A stretch of DNA of 20,000 nt from Chiloscyllium plagiosum (lineage: Eukaryota): the NCBI RefSeq assembly GCF_004010195.1, contig NC_057757.1, positions 1,404,938 to 1,424,937 on the forward strand, in the 5' to 3' direction. A program made the position numbers and the translations under genes. Positions 10,612-20,000 of this stretch are shown here, in pieces. Under the pieces are notes generated by a model. That model searched no databases, had not been told where the DNA came from, and saw only the letters and a program-made list of their open reading frames with translations. Each line of letters begins with the position of its first letter. Positions within the stretch are counted from its first letter, which is position 1.

Positions 10612-11810
10612 GTAAATGGCAGACATTGTGACCTTTAGTTAGAGCATATCCAACTATAACCCTTCTCTGAGAGATTGGTTAATGATCACTTCACCTGCAA
10701 TTTGCCTTGCCATAATTTTAATAGAGAGCATGACTGATTTATTGTATACAATTAAACTTCTACAGGGAGGAGTCTCTGAGTATAGTCAATTTTTAATAGA
10801 GTAAGCAATGGGAGCCAATTTATGAACATCAAGATTAGTTATAAAACAAGGAGGAAAGAGCTAGAATGGATACTCTCTCTTCTTGATGGTGTTTTAGAGA
10901 TAATGTTTAGCACAGGATATTATCAATGGTTCAACTGCTTTTGGACCAATAACACAGTTAGATCTAATCTTCCCACAAAAGACTATGGAAGCAATCACAA
11001 AATAATGTCACTTTGGAGTGTCGATATTGCAGCATTCCCTCTGCACAGCTGACCTCCAGCCTGGATCAGCTGGCAGTAACTCTGGCGCTGAGTTAATGAG
11101 CTTCTGACTGAGTTTTATGCGCTATCCTCACAGCACAGAGAGAGTCCTAATGTAATATGCTTGCCAATGAGCCTGTCCTGAACAGTGAGACAGATAGCAA
11201 TTTATTTCCAGAGGAAGTGCATCGGACATGTGCATTTTAGCATAAAGCAGTCAGGATTGCTACAAAACAGAACTGCATAAGTGACAGCAGGAGGATGAGG
11301 CTATTCAGCCAATCAATCATATTCTAGCAAAAATACAACTGTGTCTTAAATTCTTCATCGTTATTTCCCAGGAGTATTGATGCAGGACCTGACTGAGCCT
11401 TCTGCACTCAGTTGCATTGTGTGCACAAAAGATTCATCATCTTCTGATTAAAAACATTTCTCCTTGTCTTTATTCTGAATTTTTGATAATGTTCCCTTGT
11501 CCTTAACCCTTCTCCAGTGGAATTATCTTTCCAGTGTTGATCTATTTGAAAGTATGACATGCGGCACTGTAGTCCTCCCTCAGCCGAACTACCATGCATC
11601 TTGGATTTGTGCAAGCTCAGTCTGGGTCTGGGGTTTTCTGTCTGTAGGAATGTAAAAGATGCACAAGTCCCTTTCTATTTGTAACAAATGGAAATTGACA
11701 TCAAACCATAACATAGAACAGAATGTGATTCTGATGTGGAAACAGGATGAAATGGATGAAGAAAATGTATTCAGTATCAAACCCGACATCATGAAAATTA
11801 TCTTAAACAG

Positions 11811-11924
11811 ACACAAAGACAACAACTGAGGAATTGACAATGGAGTCAACTTCAGTGGACACAACAGTGACAACCATTGGCTCAAATCCTACCCTGACAT
11901 CCACTGACCCATCAACATCAGGAG
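11811..11924 (+). CDS. Mucin-like exon copy 7 (114 nt)
   Basis: tcttaaacag|...GGAG|gtaaat; DTKTTTEELTMESTSVDTTVTTIGSNPTLTSTDPSTSG. Confidence 0.8.
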
Positions 11925-12320
11925 GTAAATGGCAGTCATTGTGACCTGTCGTTAGAACATATCCAACTGTAATTATTGTCTGAGAGATTGGTCATGATCA
12001 CTTCATTTGCAATTTTTCTTGCCTGAATTTTAACAGAGCATAAGTAATTTATTGCAAACAATTAAATCTCCAACAGAACGAGTTTCAGAAGTATAGCCAA
12101 TGTTTAATACAATGAGCGATGGGAGCCACTGTATGAACATCAAGATTTTGTGGAAAACAAGGGGAAATAGCGAGAATAGATACTCTCTCTTCTTGATGAT
12201 ATTTCCGGGATGAAGATTAGCACAAAATACAATCAATGGTTTAACTGCTTTTGGGCCAATAACACAGTTAGGTGCAATCCTTCCACAAGAGACTATGGAT
12301 GCAATCACAAAGTAATGTCA

Positions 12321-12437
12321 TGATTTGTTGATGCAGGTGTTGGACTGGGGTGTACAAAGATAAAAATCACACAACACCAGGTTATAGTCTATATTGTCCA
12401 GGTTATAGGACTATAACCTGGTGTTGTGTGATTTTTA
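12321..12437 (-). mobile_element. Short Penelope-like insertion with inverted end, 14-bp TSD
   Basis: Flanked by acaaagtaatgtca at 12307-12320 and 12438-12451. Perfect 29-bp inverted repeat 12361-12389/12409-12437. The family assignment is from recollection of shark repeats. Confidence 0.75.
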
Positions 12438-13245
12438 ACAAAGTAATGTCACTTTGGAGAGTCGATATTGCAGCACTCCCTCTGCACTGGGCCCCTTCAG
12501 CCTGGATCTGCTGACAGTAACTCTGGGGTTGTGTTCATGAGCTTCTGACTGAGTTTTGTGCGCTCACCTCACAGCACAGGGAGAGTCCCAGTGTAATAAG
12601 CTTGCCAATGAGCCTTTCCTGAACATTGAGATAGATACCATTTTACTTCCAGACCAAGTATACTGGAGATGTGCGTTTTAGTGTAAAGCAGTCAGGATTG
12701 CTACATGACCGTAAGAGCATAAGTGACAGTAAGAGGATGAGGCCTTCAGCCCATTTAGCCTCTTCCAGCAGAATTAAAATTGTGCCTTACCTTTTTTCAA
12801 TGCTCGTTCCCTGGACTCTTGCTGCAGCAATTGATGCGATTAACATATAGAAATATTTTGATCATATTCTTGAACACACTCAGTGACTGAGCCTTCTGCA
12901 CTCAGTTGCATTGTGCGCACTAAAGACTCATCATTTTCAGACTAAAATACATTTCTCCTTGTTGTTGTCCTGAATTTATCGAGAACGTGCTGTTCTCCTC
13001 GACCTCACTCCAGTGGAATTATCTTTCCAGTGTTGATCCAGTGGAAAGTATGAAAGAATGTTAGACCCGGTCTAGGTCAGAGGAGTGTAGGAGATGCACA
13101 ACTTCCTTTCCATTTGTAACAAATGGAAATTGACATCAAACCGTAACATTGAACAGAATGTCATTCTGATGTGGAAACAGGATGAAATGATTGAAAACAG
13201 TGCATTCAGTATCAAATCTTACACCATGAAATTTATCTTAAACAG

Positions 13246-13344
13246 AAACAAAGACAACTGAGACAATGGAGTCTACATCAGTGGACACAACAGTGACAAC
13301 CATTGGCTCAAATCCTACCCTGACACCCACTGATCCGTCAGGAG
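13246..13344 (+). CDS. Mucin-like exon copy 8 (99 nt, in-frame deletions totalling 15 nt)
   Basis: tcttaaacag|...GGAG|gtaaat; ETKTTETMESTSVDTTVTTIGSNPTLTPTDPSG. Confidence 0.78.
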
Positions 13345-14078
13345 GTAAATGACAGACATTGTGACTTATCGTTAGAACATATCCAATTGTAATTTGTCTC
13401 TGAGAGACTGGTACACGACCACTTCACCTGCAATTTGCCTTGCACTAATTTTAATTCAGTGCATGACAAATTTATTGTAAACAATTCAATGTCCAGTGGG
13501 ACGAGTTTCTGAAGTATAGCCAATGTTTAACAAAGCAAGTGATGTGAGCCAATTTATGAACATCAAGATTACTTAGAAAACAAGGGAGAAATATGTGGAA
13601 TTGATACTGTCTCTTCTTGATGGTATTTTGGAGATGAAGATTAGCCAAGGATACAATCAATGGTTCAACAGCTTCTGAAGCAATAACACAGTTAGATCCA
13701 ATTCTCCAACAAGTGACTATGGAAGCAATCACAAAGTAATGTCACTTTGGAGTGTCGATATTGCAGCACTCCCTCTGCAGTGCTGACCTCCAGCCTGGAT
13801 CTGCTGGCAGTAACTCTGGGGTTGAGGTAATGAGCTTCTGACTGTGTTTTATGCACTCACCCCACAGCACAGAGATAGTCCCAATGTAATAAGCTGCCAA
13901 TGTGCCTGTCCTGAACAGTGAGACAGATACCATTTTACTTCCAGAGAAAGTGCAGCCTGGATTACTGCAAACTCAATCTGGGTTTGGGGTTTCTGTCTGA
14001 AAGAGTGTAAAAGATGCACAAGTCCCTTTCCATTTGTAACAGTATAAAATCTGACACCATGAAAATTATCTTGAACAG

Positions 14079-14192
14079 AAACAAAGACAACAACTGAGGA
14101 CTCGACAATGGAGTCTACTTCAGTGGACACAACAGTGGTAACCATCAGCTCAAAACCTACCCTGACATCCACTGATCTATCAACATCAGGAG
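14079..14192 (+). CDS. Mucin-like exon copy 9 (114 nt)
   Basis: tcttgaacag|...GGAG|gtaagt (consensus donor); ETKTTTEDSTMESTSVDTTVVTISSKPTLTSTDLSTSG. Confidence 0.82.
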
Positions 14193-15354
14193 GTAAGTGG
14201 CAGACATTGTGACCTATCATGAGAACATATCCAACTTTAATTATTCTGTCCAACTGTGCACGATCACTTCACATGCAATTTGTCTTCCCCTACTTTTAAA
14301 AGAGAGCATAACTGATTTACTGTTAAAAATTAAACTTCCAGATGTATGAATTTCCAAAGAAAAGCCAATGTTTAATAGAGAGAGCGATGGGAGCTAATTT
14401 ATGAACATCAAGATAACTTAGAAACCAAGGAGGCAATAGCTAGAATGGATACTCTCTGTGCTTGATGATGTTTAGGGGAATGAAGATCAGCCTAGAATAC
14501 TATCAATGCTCCACTGCTTTAAGAGCAATAACATGTTTAGATCGAATCCTCCCACAAGAGACTACGGAAGCAATCACAAAGTAATGTCACTTTGGAGAGT
14601 CAATATTGTAGCACTACCACTGCATTGCTGTCCTCCAACATGGATCTGCTGGAAGTAACTCTGGGGTTGATTTGATGAGTTTCTGCCTGAGATTTTTGCG
14701 CTCACCATGGAGCACAGAGAGAGTCCCAATATAATAAGCTGCTGAAGTGCCTGTCCTGAGCAGGGTGACAGTTACCATTTTATTCCCAGACAAAATGCAC
14801 CGGACACGTGTGTTTTAGTGTGAAGTAGTTCGGATTGCTCAAGAACGTAAGGGCATAAGTGACAGCAGGAGGTTGAGGCCATTCAGCTCATCCAGCCTGT
14901 TGTATCAAAAATGAAATTGTGCCTTCCCTTTTTTTCAAGGCTAGTTCCCTGGACTCTTGCTGCAACACTTGATGTTATTAACATATAGAAATATTTTGAT
15001 CAAATTCTTGAACACACTCAGTTACTGAGCCTTCTGCACTCAGTTGCATTGTGTGCACTGAAGACTTTTCGTTTTCATACCAAAAAAAATTTCTCCGCCT
15101 CTTTGCCGTGAATTTGTACAGAATGGTCCCTTGTCCTTCACTCCAGTGGAATTATCTTTCCAGTGTTGATCGAGTGGAAAGTATATCTGTCAGAATGTAC
15201 GAATTGGGCTTTTCTGAAAGATGATGTGGCAATGTTGTCCTCCCTTAGCCAACCTACCGTGCAGCCTGGATTTGTGGCAAGCTCAGTGTGGGTCTGGGGT
15301 TTCCGTCTGGAGGAGTGTAAGAGATGTTCAATTCCCTTTCCGTTTGTAACAAAC

Positions 15355-15690
15355 TTCAATATCGGGAGGTGAATGGCAGACATTGTGACCTATCGTTAGA
15401 ACATATCGAACGTATATCCAACTTTTAGCTAGAATGGATACTCTCTCTTATTGATGAAGTAGCATAGCACAGGATACAATCAATGGTTCAACTGCTTTTA
15501 GGACAATAACACAGTTAGATGCAATCCTCCCCGACATCCACTGATATGTCAACATCAGAAGGTAGATGGCAGACGTTGTGACCTATAGTTAGAACATATC
15601 CAACTGTAATTTTTCTCTGAGAGATTGGTTAATGATCACTTTATATGCAATTTGTCTTGCCCTACTTTTAATATTAGGAGGTAGGTGGCA
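15355..15690 (+). pseudogene. Three acceptor-less 3' exon remnants (orphan donors at 15369, 15562, 15681)
   Basis: tcaatatcgggag|gtgaat, gacatccactgatatgtcaacatcagaag|gtagat and ttaggag|gtaggt, none preceded by the ttaaacag acceptor. Confidence 0.7.
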
Positions 15691-16195
15691 GACATTGTGA
15701 CCTATCATGAGAACATATCCAACTTTAATTATTCTGTACAACTGTACACGATCACTTCACCTGCAATTTGTCTTGCCCTACTTTTAATAGAGAGCATAAC
15801 TGATTTAATGGAAACAATGAAACTTCCACAGGGAGGAGTTTCTAAGGTATCGCCAGTGTTAAACAGAGCAAGCGATGGGAGCCAATTTATGAACATCATG
15901 TTTTCTTGGAAAACAAGGAAGAATGAGAGAGAATAGATCCACTTTCTTCTTGATGATGTTTAGGGGATGAATATCAGCCCAGGACACCATCAACGGTTCA
16001 ATTGCTTTTGGGCCAATAATACAGTTAGATTCAATCCTCCCACAAGAGACCATGGATGGAATCACAAAGTAATATCACTTTGGAGAGTCGATATTGCAGC
16101 ACTCCATCTGCACTGGGCCCCTTCAGCCTGGACCTGCTGACAGTAACCCTGGGGTTGGGTTCATGAGCTTCTGACTGAGTTTTGTGCGCTCACCT

Positions 16196-16695
16196 NNNNN
16201 NNNNNNNNNNNNNNNNNNNNNNNNNNNNNNNNNNNNNNNNNNNNNNNNNNNNNNNNNNNNNNNNNNNNNNNNNNNNNNNNNNNNNNNNNNNNNNNNNNNN
16301 NNNNNNNNNNNNNNNNNNNNNNNNNNNNNNNNNNNNNNNNNNNNNNNNNNNNNNNNNNNNNNNNNNNNNNNNNNNNNNNNNNNNNNNNNNNNNNNNNNNN
16401 NNNNNNNNNNNNNNNNNNNNNNNNNNNNNNNNNNNNNNNNNNNNNNNNNNNNNNNNNNNNNNNNNNNNNNNNNNNNNNNNNNNNNNNNNNNNNNNNNNNN
16501 NNNNNNNNNNNNNNNNNNNNNNNNNNNNNNNNNNNNNNNNNNNNNNNNNNNNNNNNNNNNNNNNNNNNNNNNNNNNNNNNNNNNNNNNNNNNNNNNNNNN
16601 NNNNNNNNNNNNNNNNNNNNNNNNNNNNNNNNNNNNNNNNNNNNNNNNNNNNNNNNNNNNNNNNNNNNNNNNNNNNNNNNNNNNNNNNNNNNNNN
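16196..16695. other. Assembly gap (500 N)
   Basis: Exactly 500 Ns, probably a placeholder length. Confidence 0.99.
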
Positions 16696-17108
16696 TGCTG
16701 TGCTGTTCCAGCAATCAAGTTTCAACTCCAATTCTCCAACAGGTGACTATGGAAGCAATCACAAAGTAATGTCACTTTGGAGTGTCAATATTGCAGCACT
16801 CCCTCTGCAGTGCTGACCTCCAGCCTGGATCAGCTGGCAATAACTCTGGGGTTGAGTTAATGAGCTTCTGAATGAGTTTTATGCGCTCACCCCACAGCAC
16901 AGAGATCATCCCAATGTAATCATCTGCCAATGTGCCAGTCCTGAACAGTGAGACAGATACCATTTTACTTCCAGAGAAAGTGCAGCCTGGGTTAATGCAA
17001 ACTCAGTCTGGGTTTTGGGTTTCTGTCTGAAGGAGTGTAAAAGATGCACAAGTCCCTTTCCATTTGTTACAGTATAAAATCTGACACCATGAAAATTATC
17101 TTAAACAG

Positions 17109-17222
17109 AAACAAAGACAACAACTGAAGACTCGACAATGGAGTCTACTTCAGTGGACACAACAGTGGGAACCATCAGCTCAAAACCTACCCTGACATCC
17201 ACTGATCTATCAACATCAGGAG
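17109..17222 (+). CDS. Mucin-like exon copy 10 (114 nt)
   Basis: tcttaaacag|...GGAG|gtaagt; ETKTTTEDSTMESTSVDTTVGTISSKPTLTSTDLSTSG. Confidence 0.82.
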
Positions 17223-18504
17223 GTAAGTGGCAGACATTGTGACCTATCATGAGAACATATCCAACTTTAATTATTCTGTACAACTGTACACGATCACTTC
17301 ACCTGAAATTTGTCTTGCCCTACTTTTAATAGAGAGCATAACTTATTTACTGTAAAAAATTAAACTTCCAGAGATAATAATTTCTAAAGAAAAGCCAATG
17401 TTTAATAGAGCGAGCGATGGGAGCTAATTTATGAACATCAAGATAACTTTGAGACCAAGGAGGCAATAGCTAGAGTGGATACTCTCTGTGCTTGATGATG
17501 TTTGGGGGAATGAAGATCAGCCCAGAATACTATCAATGCTCCACTGCTTTAAGAGCAATAACACATTTACATCCAAACCTCCCACAAGAGACCAGGGAAG
17601 CAATCACAAAGTAATGTCACTTTGGAGAGTCAATATTGTAGCACTACCTCTGCATTGCTGTCCTCCAACCTGGATCTGCTGGAAGTAACTCTGGGGTTGA
17701 TTTGATGAGTTTCTGCCTGAGATTTTTGCGCTCACCATGGAGCTCAGAGAGAGTCCCAATATAATAAGCTGCTAAAGTGCCTGTCCTGAACAGGGTGACA
17801 GTTACCATTTTATTCCGAGACAAAGTGCACCGGACACGTGTGTTTTAGTGTGAAGTAGTTCGGATTGCTCCAGAACATAAGGGCATAAGTGACAGCAGGA
17901 GGATCAGGCCATTCAGCTCATCTAGCCTGTTGTATCAAAAATGAAATTGTGCCTTCCCTTTTTTTTAAGGCTAGTTCCCTGGACTCTTGCTGCAACACTT
18001 GATGTTATTAACATATAGAAATATTTTGATCAAATTCTTGAACACACTCAGTTACTGAGCCTTCTGCACTCAGTTGCATTGTGCCCACTGAGGACTCTTC
18101 GTTTTCATAGCAAAAAAACATTTCTCCGCCTCTTTGCCGTGAATTTGTACAGAATGGTCCCTTGTCCTTCACTCCAGTGGAATTATCTTTCCAGTGTTGA
18201 TCGAGTGGAAAGTATATCTGTCAGAATGTACGAATTGGGCTTTTCTGAAAGATGACGTGGCAATGTTGTCCTCCCTTAGCCAACCTACCGTGCAGCCTGG
18301 ATTTGGGCAAGCTCAGTCTGGGTCTGGGGTTTCCGTCTGGAGGAGTGTAAGAGATGTTCAATTCCCTTTCCGTTTGTAACAAATGGAAATTGACATCAAA
18401 CCATAGCATTGAACAGAATGTCATTCTGATGTGGAAACAGGATGAAATGAATGAAAAAATGTATTCAGTATAAAACCTGACACCATGAAATTTATCTTAA
18501 ACAG

Positions 18505-18609
18505 AAACAAAGACAACTGAGACAATGGTGTCTACATCAGTGGACACAACAGTGACAACTATCGGCTCAAATCCTACCCTGACATCCACGGATCCGTCAA
18601 TATCGGGAG
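18505..18609 (+). CDS. Mucin-like exon copy 11 (105 nt, in-frame deletions totalling 9 nt)
   Basis: tcttaaacag|...GGAG|gtgaat; ETKTTETMVSTSVDTTVTTIGSNPTLTSTDPSISG. Confidence 0.75.
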
Positions 18610-18769
18610 GTGAATGGCAGACATTGCGACCTTTCGTTAGAACATATCGAACGTATATCCAATTTTTAGCTAGAATTGATACTCTCTCTTATTGATGAAG
18701 TAGCATAGCACAGGATACAATCAATGGTTCAACTGCTTTTAGGACAATAACATAGTTAGATGCAATCCT

Positions 18770-18802
18770 CCCTGACATCTACTGATATGTCAACATCAGA
18801 AG
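18770..18802 (+). pseudogene. Acceptor-less 3' exon remnant
   Basis: ccctgacatctactgatatgtcaacatcagaag|gtagat, the counterpart of the remnant at 15530-15561. Confidence 0.65.
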
Positions 18803-19996
18803 GTAGATGGCAGACGTTGTGACGTATAGTTAGAACATATCCAACTGTAATTTTTCTCTGAGAGATTGGTTAACGATCACTTCACCTGCAATTTGCCTTG
18901 CCCTACTTTTAATAGTGAGCATAACTGATTTAATGTAAACAATTAAACTTCCAGAGGGAGGAGTTTCTGAGGTATCGCCAGTGTTAAACAGAGCAAGCGA
19001 TGGGAGCCAATTTATGAACATCATGTTTTCTTGGAAAACAAGGAAGAATGAGAGAGTATAGATACACTTTCTTCTTGATGATGTTTAGGGGATGAATATC
19101 AGCCCAGGACACTATCAACGGTTCAATTGCTTTTGGGCCAATAACACAGTTAGATTCAATCCTCCTATAAGAGACCATGGATGCAATCACACAGTATTAT
19201 CAGTTTGGAGAGTCGATATTGCAGAACTCCCTCTGCACTGGGCCCCTTCGGCCTGGACCTGCTGACAGTAACCCTGGGGTTGGGTTCATGAGCTTCTGAC
19301 TGAGTTTTGTGCGCTCACCTCACAGCACAGGGAGAGTCCCAGTGTAATAAGCTTGCCAATGAGCCTTTCCTGAACATTGAGACAGATACCATTTTACTTC
19401 TAGACCAAGTGTACTGGAGATGTGCGTTTTAGTGTAAAGCAGTCAGGATTGCTACATGACCGTAAGAGAATAAGTGACAGTAAGAGGATGAGGCCTTCAG
19501 CCCATTTAGTCTCTTCCAACAGAATTAAAATTGTGCCTTACCTTTTTTCAATGCTCATTCCCTGGACACTTGCTGCAGCAATTGATGCGATTAACATTTC
19601 GATATATTTTGATCATATTCTTGAACACACTCAGTGACTGAGCCTTCTGCACTCAGTTGCATTGTGCGCACTAAAGACTCATCATTTTCAGACTAAAATA
19701 CATTTCTCCTTGTTGTTGTCCTGAATTTATCGAGAACATGCTATTCTTCTTGACCTCACTCCAGTGGAATTATCTTTCCAGTGTTTATCCAGTGGAAAGT
19801 ATGAAAGAATGTTAGACCCGGTCTAGGTCAGAGGAGTGTAAGAGATGCACAACTTCCTTTCCTTTTCTAACAAATGGAAATTGACATCAAACCGTAGCAT
19901 TGAACAGAATGTCATTCCGATGTGGAAACAGGATGAAATGATTGAAAAAACTGCATTCAGTATCAAACCTTACACCATGAAACTTATCTTAAACAG

Positions 19997-20000
19997 AAAC
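19997..20000 (+). CDS. Start of mucin-like exon copy 12 (cut by window edge)
   Basis: aacttatcttaaacag|aaac matches the acceptor and exon start of the other copies. Confidence 0.55.

Larger units (their letters stand above)
1745..20000 (+). repeat. Tandem array of ~1.3-1.4 kb exon+intron units (about 13 units, runs off the window end)
   Basis: Landmarks such as aatggaaattgacatcaaacc, aaattatcttaaacag and caatcacaaagtaatgtcactttggag recur. Exon starts at 2482, 3811, 6333, 7732, 9117, 10498, 11811, 13246, 14079, 17109, 18505 and 19997. Confidence 0.97.

Noticed and set aside
15502..15561. Possible new 60-nt chimeric exon (ctgcttttag|GACAATAA...CAGAAG|gt), also at ~18743-18802
   Set aside because: Contains TAA and TAG in the mucin frame; at most a poison exon, with no supporting evidence.
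16123..16816. Long ORFs of 174-210 aa
   Set aside because: Artefacts of translating the N gap.
1745..20000. CRISPR array or prokaryotic system; assigning a gene symbol such as PTPRC or CD44
   Set aside because: The DNA is vertebrate and the repeats are kb-scale without unique spacers. No diagnostic domain exon is in the window, so the host gene cannot be named.

Overview
Eukaryotic (vertebrate) genomic DNA. The repeat content (HE1-type V-SINE, CR1 LINEs, Penelope-like elements) points to a cartilaginous fish, probably a shark; this is an inference. Bases 1-1600 are a patchwork of transposon fragments. From ~1745 to the window end is a tandem array of a ~1.3-1.4 kb unit, interrupted by a CR1 LINE, two small Penelope-like inverted-repeat insertions and a 500-N gap. 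The ORF track misses the main signal: each unit carries one short + strand exon (ttaaacAG|...GGAG|GT, 114 nt, phase 1-1) encoding a Ser/Thr-rich mucin-like 38-aa module (ETKTTTEDSTMESTSVDTTVVTISSNPTLTSTDLSTSG). All 11 complete copies are stop-free and all their indels are multiples of 3 (114, 108, 105, 99 nt). The window therefore looks like the interior of a gene whose O-glycosylated/proteoglycan stalk has expanded by serial exon+intron duplication, more recently as a ~3.6 kb higher-order repeat. The host gene cannot be identified from this window.
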